The notes under the pieces were generated by a model that saw only the letters and a list, made by a program, of their open reading frames with translations, searched no databases and was not told the DNA's origin. Shown one piece after another: positions 1 to 8,573 of a DNA stretch of 64,000 nt. The stretch's first letter is position 1. The number at the start of each line of letters is the position of its first letter. The DNA comes from Syntrophales bacterium (GTDB lineage: Bacteria > Desulfobacterota > Syntrophia > Syntrophales > UBA4778). Location: the NCBI GenBank assembly GCA_963665615.2, contig CAXXQE010000007.1, positions 124,001-188,000 of the forward strand, read 5' to 3'. The position numbers and the translations under genes are program-made.

Positions 1-96
1 CAGCTGCGGCATTTTTAATTATGCAAAATGGGAATGCTTTCTTTAACAAGTTGTTTTTATGAAGGATAATATCGAATGATAAGAACAGGGCTGTCA

Positions 97-112
97 TGGC
101 ATATCCCTTGCT
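97..112 (+). promoter_or_regulatory. sigma-54 (-24/-12) promoter
   Basis: TGGCATATCCCTTGCT matches TGGCAC-N5-TTGCW (GG-N10-GC), 55 bp upstream of the ATG at 168. An IHF-like site (1 mismatch) lies at 44..56. Confidence 0.75.
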
Positions 113-167
113 CTAAAGAAAGTGTAGCGTCAATTCGGAAAGGATGACATCGAAAGGATAAGGGAAC

Positions 168-791
168 ATGCAAACATCTGATATCAAGCTGTGGAAGACG
201 GAACATACACGGGGCTGCCTTTTCAAGGGAATCCTGATCTCCCTGTCTGTGCTCGTGCTGCTGGGGCTGACGGACTGCTGCCGCTATGCGATGGCTCATG
301 ATCCTTACCGTCCTGCATCCGATCAGGAGACGGCTTCAAAACCGATCGTATCCACTCAGATTTTTTTCTACCCCATTAATGGGCAAACGGCCGAGCAACA
401 AGATCGGGATCGCTATGAGTGTTTTAATTGGGCTGTCAAGGAATCCGGCTTCGACCCTAGTCTGGAGACGGTCCCTCCAGAATACCGGGTAACGGTTGTA
501 CCGAACCCTCCTCCTGGCCATGATACGGCTGTTGGCGCCGTAGCGGGAGCCGTCATTGGGGCCATTGCGGCGGGTCCAAGGCACTCGGGGGAGGGGGCCT
601 TGGTCGGTGCGGGCGTTGGCGCCTTGGCTGGAGTCGCATCGGATGCGTCACGGCAGGAGACGGCCCGGAGAATTGAGGACGCAAAAAACGATCAGCAGCA
701 AGAGCGCTATAGGCAGTATGAGCAAGGGGCCTCGGCTTACAGACGGGCCATGACGGCCTGCCTGGAGGCGCGCGGTTATAATGTCAAGTAG
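168..791 (+). CDS. exported glycine-zipper domain protein
   Basis: Hydrophobic N-terminal segment; GAVAGAVIGAIA...GALVGAGVGALAG zipper; flanking DRYEC.WAV...GFDP and YRRAMTACLEARGY motifs; RBS AAGGGA. Confidence 0.8.
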   Translation: MQTSDIKLWKTEHTRGCLFKGILISLSVLVLLGLTDCCRYAMAHDPYRPASDQETASKPIVSTQIFFYPINGQTAEQQDRDRYECFNWAVKESGFDPSLETVPPEYRVTVVPNPPPGHDTAVGAVAGAVIGAIAAGPRHSGEGALVGAGVGALAGVASDASRQETARRIEDAKNDQQQERYRQYEQGASAYRRAMTACLEARGYNVK

Positions 792-815
792 CGCATCATG
801 AAAGAGAGGAACGTC

Positions 816-1496
816 ATGAAAAGAAATATTTTTAAAATAGCTGGTTCCGGAACAGCAACAGGTTTGTTGATCGCGCTGGCGCTGATAGTTGCAATGCTCA
901 CAACGCCGGTGGCTGCCTGGGCCGACCGGGATAAAGGACATCCGGGAGGCGGACCTCATGGGGGTCGCGAATTCGGGCCGTCTCAGCCTTATCCTCCTCG
1001 TGGTGCATACGTGGATACCGTCCCACACGGTCATCACGTATATGTTCACAGAGGCGACCGTTTCTTCTTTTATGAAGGGATCTGGTATCGACCGTTCGGT
1101 CCCCGTTTCGTCGTGATAGCGCCTCCAATTGGTATTATCGTGCCGTTTCTTCCGCCCTTTTATGGAACGATTTGGCTTGGTGGTATTCCCTATTATTATG
1201 CCAATGATGTGTATTATAAATCCGTACCGGAAGGGTATATGGTGGTCGAACCGCCGAAAGAAAACACAGAACAGACCAATACGCTAGCTGAAAAAATCTT
1301 TATCTACCCCAGGAATCATCAGAGCGAACAACAGCAGGCCAAAGACAGATATGAGTGTCATCGTTGGGCGGTTGGACAGACAAACTATGATCCGACTCAA
1401 TCGACTGCGGAGAAGGGGCCAGATAAGATGAAGCGCAGTGATTATCAGCGTGCGATGAACGCATGTCTCGACGGGAGGGGCTATACTGTTAAATAA
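816..1496 (+). CDS. exported Pro/Tyr/aromatic-rich protein (DUF6515-like) with C-terminal two-Cys domain
   Basis: RBS GAGAGGA before ATG 816; signal peptide ending AWA; FFFYEGIWYRP..FVVIAPPIG and YYYANDVYY repeats; C-terminal domain paralogous to the upstream gene. Confidence 0.75.
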   Translation: MKRNIFKIAGSGTATGLLIALALIVAMLTTPVAAWADRDKGHPGGGPHGGREFGPSQPYPPRGAYVDTVPHGHHVYVHRGDRFFFYEGIWYRPFGPRFVVIAPPIGIIVPFLPPFYGTIWLGGIPYYYANDVYYKSVPEGYMVVEPPKENTEQTNTLAEKIFIYPRNHQSEQQQAKDRYECHRWAVGQTNYDPTQSTAEKGPDKMKRSDYQRAMNACLDGRGYTVK

Positions 1497-1522
1497 GATC
1501 GGCTCGGCATCGTCTTTATAGT

Positions 1523-1562
1523 AGAAAGGGGAGGGGAGGAATGGCCACTTCCCTTTCTTTAT
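1523..1562. terminator. possible intrinsic terminator between convergent genes
   Basis: AGAAAGGGGA ... TTCCCTTTCT inverted repeat followed by a T-rich tail. Confidence 0.55.
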
Positions 1563-1593
1563 TAAAAACAGGCGTTACGCCGATTCTTGCGGC

Positions 1594-2109
1594 TCAGGCA
1601 AGGTACTGTTGCATAGCCGTATAGGTGCAATAATCAGGGTTGATTAGGGAAGCGCCGATCTGCACCTCTTTATCGGTTTCAAAAATGCGCTGGGGCGTAA
1701 TTTGAACGTTCAGCGGCCAGCTGTAATCAGGCAATCTAAAAATAATAATATATTTATCGATTTCTTTACCGTTGATGATTTGAAGACTCGCTGTTTTCGG
1801 GAGCGAGAAACGAACACCGTTGATAGACAGATCAAGAATTTCTATTTCCTGAAAATCGCGCCGCTGCCAATTAGAATCTCCGAGATAAGCGGAAAGAGAA
1901 ACGGTTTTACGCGGTGTTCGGCGGCGGTCTAATGCATGGTCTTCAAATCGCTTATTCTCAATGAGATGTTTTTGAAGAATGGCGTCTATAAGGCATGAGA
2001 CACTCATCTGCTTTTCCTCAGCAATCGCCTCGAGCGCTTTGCTGACGGCCAGCGTCGTCTGAAAAGAGATCATGACTTCTTTATCCATGATATCGTACCG
2101 TAATGTCAT
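1594..2109 (-). CDS. PilZ-domain protein with N-terminal ribbon-helix-helix-like domain
   Basis: RRRTPR (RxxxR) and DLSING (DxSxxG) PilZ motifs; N-terminus ISFQT..VSKALEAIAEEKQMSVSCLIDAIL resembles CopG/RHH. Confidence 0.8.
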   Translation of the reverse strand: MTLRYDIMDKEVMISFQTTLAVSKALEAIAEEKQMSVSCLIDAILQKHLIENKRFEDHALDRRRTPRKTVSLSAYLGDSNWQRRDFQEIEILDLSINGVRFSLPKTASLQIINGKEIDKYIIIFRLPDYSWPLNVQITPQRIFETDKEVQIGASLINPDYCTYTAMQQYLA

Positions 2110-2143
2110 ATAGACCTAGCGATCTACGTCAATATTAATTATG

Positions 2144-2159
2144 GCAAATAGAGTGCCAA
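2144..2159 (-). promoter_or_regulatory. sigma-54 (-24/-12) promoter of the RHH-PilZ gene
   Basis: Minus strand reads TTGGCACTCTATTTGC, a perfect TGGCAC-N5-TTGC match, ~35 bp upstream of the start codon. Confidence 0.85.
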
Positions 2160-2544
2160 GAACTCCTCTTGAGAGGACATGAATGAAAATAATTAAAATA
2201 GACTTTAAGTATTAATATGTTACGCATATAGAACGAAACGAATTGCTGTGTTAAACGCGATTAAGCAAAGGAGTTCCTTATTCAATTTGTAAAAAAAACC
2301 GACACATATGGGGATTGGTTCCTGGCTTTTAAGATTTATCAAAAAAAACTCAATAAATATAATGGGAAGCGTGACCAGAAGTCTGCCGCGCACCGTAAGA
2401 TTATCTTACAAAAATTAATCGCAACGACATAAAAAATAAAAACAATTTGATGGTGATTGTCAAGAAATTTACTTTATGTTTAAGTTTTTCTGGAGAGATA
2501 TCAAAATGGTCTGTAGCTTGAGAAACAAGTGCTATTTTCTATCT

Positions 2545-3723
2545 CTATACTGAATAAAGAGGTTTTTCATCAGAATCTGCAATGATCTTTTCAATGCGCA
2601 ACGCAAGTGCATCGGAAAGAGCGAAACCCTTAAGTGAAGGTATCACGTAATTGTCATTGATGGACACCAGACCCTCACGACAAAGTTGGCGAATTTCTTC
2701 AATGGTTTTTGGGGAGGCTTTCCCATCTTCAAGCATCAGATTGAATACCGATAAATCAAGGCCGGCTGCTGTTCTCAATCTCAATGCAATAGTTTCCAGG
2801 CGAAGCTCGTCGGAGGATAAGCTCTCCGAGTTCTCGATGGGGCTGTGGCTTTTGCCAAGGGCAGCTATGTAGCGGTCTACCGAACGGACATTCCACCAGC
2901 GGCGGCCTTCCCGAAACGAATGTGCGGCAGGTCCCAGTCCCAAGTACGGGAAGTGGTTCCAGTACTTCATGTTATGTCGGGAGCAGTTAGCCTCACCGTC
3001 GGCGAAGTTGGATATTTCGTAGTGGAGGTACCCCTGTCCTTGGAGGGTTTCCGAAGTCTGTTCGAAGAATTCCACCTCGACGTCTTCAGTAGCCTTCTGA
3101 AACACACCTCTGTGATGATCTTTATAGAGGGGCGTTCCAGGTTCAATTGAAAGCTGATAGCAGGATAGGTGTTCCGGATGGTAGGCTGCAATTTCATTAA
3201 GGTGATGGATGAAGGAGTGTATAGATTGCCCCGGAATGCAATAGATAATATCGATCCCTATGTTATTGAAACCAGCCAGGCGTGCTTGCTCAAGCGTATC
3301 GAAGACGTCGCGTCTGGTGTGCCGGCGACCAAGCCATTGAAGAAGGCTGTCATCAAGTGATTGTGCACCGATTGTGATCCGGTTGAGACCGATTTCAAAA
3401 AGTGCCTTTAAATAGGATACGTTCAGATCACCCGGATTAGCCTCAATGCTCCATTCTGTACCGGGGAGGATGGTAAAGTGCCGACGAGCCGCGGCGATGA
3501 TCTTTTCGATATGTTCAGGTCGCAAAAGTGTGGGAGTGCCACCGCCGATATAAACCGTGTCGAAGGCTGGGAAGTCTCTATAGAGGGTCATCTCCTGCAG
3601 AAGTGCGCTAATAAATTGAGGTACAGCATGATCCAGGTCCGCACTGTCGATGGAATAAAAGGAACAGTAGCGGCATTTGCTGAGACAAAAGGGAACATGG
3701 ATGTAAAGGCCCGCCGGCTTCAT
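2545..3723 (-). CDS. hemW: radical SAM heme chaperone HemW (HemN-like)
   Basis: LYIHVPFCLSKCRYC (CxxxCxxC), YIGGGTPT, YEISNF, HNMKYW. Start placed at MKPAG (3723), just after lepA. Confidence 0.9.
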   Translation of the reverse strand: MKPAGLYIHVPFCLSKCRYCSFYSIDSADLDHAVPQFISALLQEMTLYRDFPAFDTVYIGGGTPTLLRPEHIEKIIAAARRHFTILPGTEWSIEANPGDLNVSYLKALFEIGLNRITIGAQSLDDSLLQWLGRRHTRRDVFDTLEQARLAGFNNIGIDIIYCIPGQSIHSFIHHLNEIAAYHPEHLSCYQLSIEPGTPLYKDHHRGVFQKATEDVEVEFFEQTSETLQGQGYLHYEISNFADGEANCSRHNMKYWNHFPYLGLGPAAHSFREGRRWWNVRSVDRYIAALGKSHSPIENSESLSSDELRLETIALRLRTAAGLDLSVFNLMLEDGKASPKTIEEIRQLCREGLVSINDNYVIPSLKGFALSDALALRIEKIIADSDEKPLYSV

Positions 3724-3736
3724 TTCTGGTAAATCT

Positions 3737-5533
3737 TTATTCCTGATCAGACTTGAGGACGGCAAGAAATGCGCTTTGCGGAATGGAGACGGAGCCAACC
3801 ATCTTCATGCGTTTCTTGCCTTTTTTCTGCTTCTCCAGGAGTTTTCGCTTTCTGGTAATGTCGCCGCCGTAGCACTTGGCCGTTACATCCTTTCGGAAGG
3901 CGGATATCGTCTCGCGGGCAATGATGTTGCCGCCAATGGCGCCTTGAATGGCAATCTTGAACATGTGCCTTGGAATTTCTTCCTTGAGCCCCTCACACGC
4001 GACCAGGGCGCGCTCACGGGCACGCTCGCGATGCACAATCTGCGACAGGGCGTCCACCTTTTCGCCGTTGACAAGGATGTCCAGAAGCGCCAGATCCCCT
4101 TCACGGTACTCGATCAGATCGTAGTCGAAGGAGCCATAGCCCTGCGTGACGGTCTTGAAGCGGTCGTAAAAGTCGTAGATGACTTCAGCCAGGGGCATTT
4201 CGTAGATCAACTCGACGCGACCGGGACTTGTGTAGTTCATCGTCGAATTCACCCCGCGCTTTTCCATGCAGAGCTTCATAACGGCGCCAAGGTAGCGCTC
4301 CGGCATCATCATCATGGCGCGGATGTAAGGTTCTTCGGCCTTTTCGATTGACATCGGATCGGGGTATTGGGCCGGGTTGTCGATTTCCAGAACTGTCCCA
4401 TTTTTCAGTGTGAACCGGTACTGGACGCTGGGCACCGAGAGAATGATCGACAGATCGTATTCTCGCTCCAGACGTTCCTGGACGATATCGAGATGCAGAA
4501 GCCCGAGAAATCCGCAGCGGAAACCCTGACCGAGCGCTACGGAGGAGTCCTTCTGGTAGACAAAGGAGGCGTCATTGAGCTTGTATTTCTCAAGCGAGTC
4601 CGCCAGATCCTCGTAGTCATCTGATGCAATGGGGTAGATGGAGGAGAAGACAACGGGCTTGACCTCCTTGAAGCCGGGAAGAGGCGCCTCGCAGGGATTT
4701 GCCTCCAACGTGATGGTATCCCCGATGCGGACATCCGCCACGGTCTTGATACCTGCGATAATATAACCGACCTCGCCTGCAGTCAGCGTATCCTGCTTCC
4801 GCCGCGTAAGCTCGAAGCGGCCCACCTCTTCAACCTTGTAGGTGGACTTGTTATACATGAAGCGGATGACATCGCCCGGCTTGACGGTACCATCGAAGAC
4901 GCGACAGTGTACGATTGTCCCGCGATAGGAGTCGTAGTGGGCGTCGAAGGTGAGCGCCGCCAGAGGCTTGTTCGCATCCCCTTTTGGGGCAGGAATTTTT
5001 TCGACAACGGCCTCCAGGATCTCCTCTATGCCGATTCCCTCCTTGGCAGAGCATTTGATGTGGTTGAAGGGATCGAGCCCCAGTTCGGAATCAATCTCTT
5101 CAATGACCCGCTCCACATCGGCGGAGGGCAGATCGATCTTGTTAATCACCGGAATGATCTCCAGGTCATTTTCCATCGCCAGGTAGAGATTGGCCAGCGT
5201 CTGCGCCTGAACCCCTTGTGCGGCGTCAATTAGAAGGAGCACCCCCTCACAGGAGGCCAGGGATCGGGACACTTCATAGGAAAAATCGACGTGGCCGGGC
5301 GTGTCAATCAGATTCAGGGTATATTGCTGGCCGTCCCTGGCGCGATAGGGCAGGGTGATCGCCTGACTTTTGATCGTAATGCCCCGCTCCCGTTCAATGT
5401 CCATGTTGTCGAGGATCTGATCCTGAAAATTACGGTCTTCTACCATGCCGGTGTACTGAATCAGTCGGTCGGCGAGGGTAGACTTCCCGTGATCGATATG
5501 GGCGATGATACTGAAATTGCGAATATTTTCCAT
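3737..5533 (-). CDS. lepA: elongation factor 4 (LepA)
   Basis: IRNFSIIAHIDHGKSTLADR, ERERGITIK, GFRCGFLGLLH, KCYGGDITRKRKLLEKQK. Confidence 0.98.
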   Translation of the reverse strand: MENIRNFSIIAHIDHGKSTLADRLIQYTGMVEDRNFQDQILDNMDIERERGITIKSQAITLPYRARDGQQYTLNLIDTPGHVDFSYEVSRSLASCEGVLLLIDAAQGVQAQTLANLYLAMENDLEIIPVINKIDLPSADVERVIEEIDSELGLDPFNHIKCSAKEGIGIEEILEAVVEKIPAPKGDANKPLAALTFDAHYDSYRGTIVHCRVFDGTVKPGDVIRFMYNKSTYKVEEVGRFELTRRKQDTLTAGEVGYIIAGIKTVADVRIGDTITLEANPCEAPLPGFKEVKPVVFSSIYPIASDDYEDLADSLEKYKLNDASFVYQKDSSVALGQGFRCGFLGLLHLDIVQERLEREYDLSIILSVPSVQYRFTLKNGTVLEIDNPAQYPDPMSIEKAEEPYIRAMMMMPERYLGAVMKLCMEKRGVNSTMNYTSPGRVELIYEMPLAEVIYDFYDRFKTVTQGYGSFDYDLIEYREGDLALLDILVNGEKVDALSQIVHRERARERALVACEGLKEEIPRHMFKIAIQGAIGGNIIARETISAFRKDVTAKCYGGDITRKRKLLEKQKKGKKRMKMVGSVSIPQSAFLAVLKSDQE

Positions 5534-5554
5534 GTTACCTTCTAGTCGATACCA

Positions 5555-5586
5555 GAAAAGCCCTCCAGAATGCCAGAGGGCTTTTC
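5555..5586 (-). terminator. hairpin/terminator downstream of adk
   Basis: Perfect 11-bp inverted repeat GAAAAGCCCTC...GAGGGCTTTTC between adk and lepA. Confidence 0.65.
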
Positions 5587-5602
5587 ACTCCGGAGCTCTT
5601 TG

Positions 5603-6274
5603 TTACTTCAGTTTAGAAAGAAGGTCTTCTGAGACTTCCTTCACACCGGGTTTTCCGTCAATCTCAATAATTGAAACGCGGGATTTAAAATAATTGACCC
5701 CGGCCAGAGTTCCCGTCTGCGTATTGTAGTAGATTGAATGGCGCTTATCAATAGCTGCTTCATCCTGATCGTCGGCCCGCACCGATAAGCTGCCGCCGCA
5801 TACCCTGCAGGCATATTGACCGTCTTTCTCCGCCGGCTTGATCGCATCGATATAAATGTTATTGGGATGATTATTGTCGTTGGCGCAGAGGCGTCTTCCC
5901 ATGATGCGCTGTTTAGAGGTCTCCCGATCCAGGAGAATCTCGATGACGATGTCCAGTTTGATGTTTTCCTCGCTCAATGCATTGTAGAGGGCCTCGGCTT
6001 GGGCGAGGTTCCGGGGAAATCCATCCAGGAGCCAGCCGGTTTTGCAATCATCCTGTTTGAGGCGATTGAGAATCATGGGAACAGTGATCTCGTCTGGGAC
6101 CAGATCGCCCCGATCGATATAGGCCTTGGCCTTCATGCCCAGCTCCGTTCCACCCTTGATATTTTCCCGGAAGATAAGGCCTGTTTCAATGTGCGACACG
6201 CCGTACTTTTTCTGAACGATGGCGCCCTGTGTTCCCTTGCCGCTGCCGTTTGGACCGAAAATCAATATGTTCAT
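5603..6274 (-). CDS. adk: adenylate kinase (metal-binding LID)
   Basis: GPNGSGKGTQ P-loop, GDLVPD, LDGFPR; LID with C-X5-H-X19-C-X2-C. Confidence 0.96.
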   Translation of the reverse strand: MNILIFGPNGSGKGTQGAIVQKKYGVSHIETGLIFRENIKGGTELGMKAKAYIDRGDLVPDEITVPMILNRLKQDDCKTGWLLDGFPRNLAQAEALYNALSEENIKLDIVIEILLDRETSKQRIMGRRLCANDNNHPNNIYIDAIKPAEKDGQYACRVCGGSLSVRADDQDEAAIDKRHSIYYNTQTGTLAGVNYFKSRVSIIEIDGKPGVKEVSEDLLSKLK

Positions 6275-6365
6275 GTATCCCCTTCTCCTTGTATGTATTT
6301 AATATGCCATAGTGGCATGTAGCGGCGCGTTCAGCGATCCGACAAAAAAGGATGTGACGTAGGGT

Positions 6366-6593
6366 TTACTTACAAGATGCGCAGGACGATGAGGTGCAAC
6401 CAGAGCAGGAGGAAGCCTTTCCACCAATCGATGACGACGATCCTTCGACCTTGCCACTGAAAAGGGAGGGCACTTTGTCCGCTTTCTTACACTTGCAGTC
6501 GGGACAAGACAGCGCCGAATCATCGGTTCGTCCAAGGATGAGCACCTCAAAAACCTTTCCGCACCGTCTGCATTTATACTCAAATATCGGCAT
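6366..6593 (-). CDS. FmdB-family zinc-ribbon protein
   Basis: MPIFEYKCRRCGKVFE...CPDC signature, Cys/Ser-rich tail, RBS GGAGG. Confidence 0.9.
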   Translation of the reverse strand: MPIFEYKCRRCGKVFEVLILGRTDDSALSCPDCKCKKADKVPSLFSGKVEGSSSSIGGKASSCSGCTSSSCASCK

Positions 6594-6881
6594 GCCTAAC
6601 CTCCGTTCTGCGTTTGGTGGCTGAGTCTAAAAGATACGCACATTTATGTCAAGAATCATTCGGCTTAAGCTCTCTATGGGCGGTCATGGTTCGTTTGAGA
6701 ATCAACGAGGTTGACGCTCTGCGGTCAATATGTTATTCCCGATCGGAAGAAGCGTCAGGACAACTGTTGCATCTGCTATAGAGTGAATTTTTGATTGCAG
6801 CTTGGGACAGCAAACGAACTTAATCGATCGGAGTTTTTTCAAAAGTTTGTTTAGGCACGTCTTAAATAGAAAGGTCTTATT

Positions 6882-8075
6882 GTGAGCATCGCAAAAAAAA
6901 TTGAAGAGTCGATTGCGAAATCGTCGTGGATTCGGCGCATGTTTGAGGATGGGATCCGTCTCAAGGAACAGTATGGTTCTGAAAATGTCTTTGACTTCAC
7001 CCTTGGCAATCCTTTCCCGGAGCCGCCGGAAAAGCTGCACGTTTTGATACAGAAGGAGATTATCGATAATAAACCCGGAATGCATGGGTATATGCCCAAC
7101 GCCGGATACGTTGAAACACGTCAGGCACTGGCGGCGCATCTGTCCGACGTTTATGGCGTGCCCCTTACCAGCAGCCATATCGTCATGACCTGCGGCGCAG
7201 GCGGGGCGCTGAATGTCATTCTCAAAACACTCCTTGACCCGCAAGACGAGGTCATTGCGCCGGTGCCTTTTTTTGTGGAGTACCAGGCCTACACTGAGAA
7301 TCACGGCGGGGTCTTTAAATCGGTTGCCAGCGAGTCACATTTTGCGCTCAATCTCCCGGCGCTTGAGCAGGCGATCACACCAAAAACCAAGGCGGTCTTG
7401 ATCAACTCGCCGAACAATCCGTCCGGAAAAGTCTATGAACGGGAGACCATTGACGCATTGGCAACGCTCTTAAAGGCTAGGAGCACGGCGTACGGTCGTC
7501 CAATTTATTTAATTTCCGATGAGCCATATCGGGATATCGTTTATGACGGGACAGAGGTTCCCAGCATTCTTGCCGCCTATCCAGACAGTTTAGTGGCGAC
7601 CTCCTTTTCCAAGACGCTATCGATTCCTGGCGAACGGATCGGTTATATCGCTGCAAGCCCGGGACTGGCTGATGGAACCATTGCGCTAGAGGGTCTGGTC
7701 CTGAGCAACCGCATTCTGGGGTATGTCAACGCGCCCGCCCTCATGCAGAGAATCATTCCGGCGCTGCTCGGCGTCACCGTTGATATCGATATCTACAAGA
7801 GAAAGCGAGATCTGCTGTGTGACGGTCTGGCGGCCATAGGATACGAATTCACAAAACCGATGGGGGCGTTTTATCTCTTCCCTGAAAGTCCCCTTGAAGA
7901 CGAGGTCGCATTCGTCAGGGCGCTTCAGGCGAAGAATATCCTGACGGTTCCCGGTCGGGGATTCGGTGCACCGGGCTTCTTCCGGATTGCTTACTGTGTT
8001 GCGGACGAGACGATCATGAATGCCATGCCGGGGTTTGAAGAGGTGTTTAAAAAGGCCAAAGCGGGGCGGTTGTAA
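6882..8075 (+). CDS. PLP-dependent class I/II aminotransferase (aspartate aminotransferase family)
   Basis: INSPNNPSG, SDEPY, SFSKTLSIPGERIGY (PLP-binding Lys). Confidence 0.93.
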   Translation: MSIAKKIEESIAKSSWIRRMFEDGIRLKEQYGSENVFDFTLGNPFPEPPEKLHVLIQKEIIDNKPGMHGYMPNAGYVETRQALAAHLSDVYGVPLTSSHIVMTCGAGGALNVILKTLLDPQDEVIAPVPFFVEYQAYTENHGGVFKSVASESHFALNLPALEQAITPKTKAVLINSPNNPSGKVYERETIDALATLLKARSTAYGRPIYLISDEPYRDIVYDGTEVPSILAAYPDSLVATSFSKTLSIPGERIGYIAASPGLADGTIALEGLVLSNRILGYVNAPALMQRIIPALLGVTVDIDIYKRKRDLLCDGLAAIGYEFTKPMGAFYLFPESPLEDEVAFVRALQAKNILTVPGRGFGAPGFFRIAYCVADETIMNAMPGFEEVFKKAKAGRL

Positions 8076-8102
8076 CTCGCCATTCATATTGGCAATAAAG
8101 AG

Positions 8103-8375
8103 CTAGTAACGTATCTGGAACCCTCTGGAGCAGCACTCACTATCCTGCCAGTTAACGGCGATATCATCGACCCGGGCCTGAGGTGGTCCCTTGCGACACC
8201 ACCTCAGAATGGACTGCAGCGCCTCATCTGACCCTTCGAAAACAGCCTCAACGCGCCCGTCAGCCAGGTTTCTTACCCAACCGTTAACAGACAGAGCGTC
8301 TGCCGTCCGCTTGGTTTCGGCACGAAAAAAAACTCCCTGAACACGACCAGAAATAACAACACGGAGACGTTTCAT
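8103..8375 (-). CDS. acyP: acylphosphatase
   Basis: GRVQGVFFR and GWVRNLADGRVE signatures. Confidence 0.95.
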   Translation of the reverse strand: MKRLRVVISGRVQGVFFRAETKRTADALSVNGWVRNLADGRVEAVFEGSDEALQSILRWCRKGPPQARVDDIAVNWQDSECCSRGFQIRY

Positions 8376-8573
8376 AAGCCTTGTTTTTTTGCATTGAAAA
8401 TGAGGCCCTTCGGGAACTATCTAATCATCCTATGCTACAATTCTTCCCCCGTCAACCTGTTCGACGCAGGTCGATTATTGGCGCCTTATTCGCTAAGGTT
8501 TAGGACTTTGTGTGCCGATTACTCCAAGACAACAGAATCCATTTCTTAAGGAGACGTGCAGGGGTGTGCGGTG

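Noticed and set aside
3724..3798. Extended hemW N-terminus from the ORF track
   Set aside because: Overlaps the lepA 3' end; the family-typical start is MKPAGLYIH at 3723. Similar over-extensions were trimmed for YfiR, dtd, buk, degP, the RND fusion and the first ABC permease.
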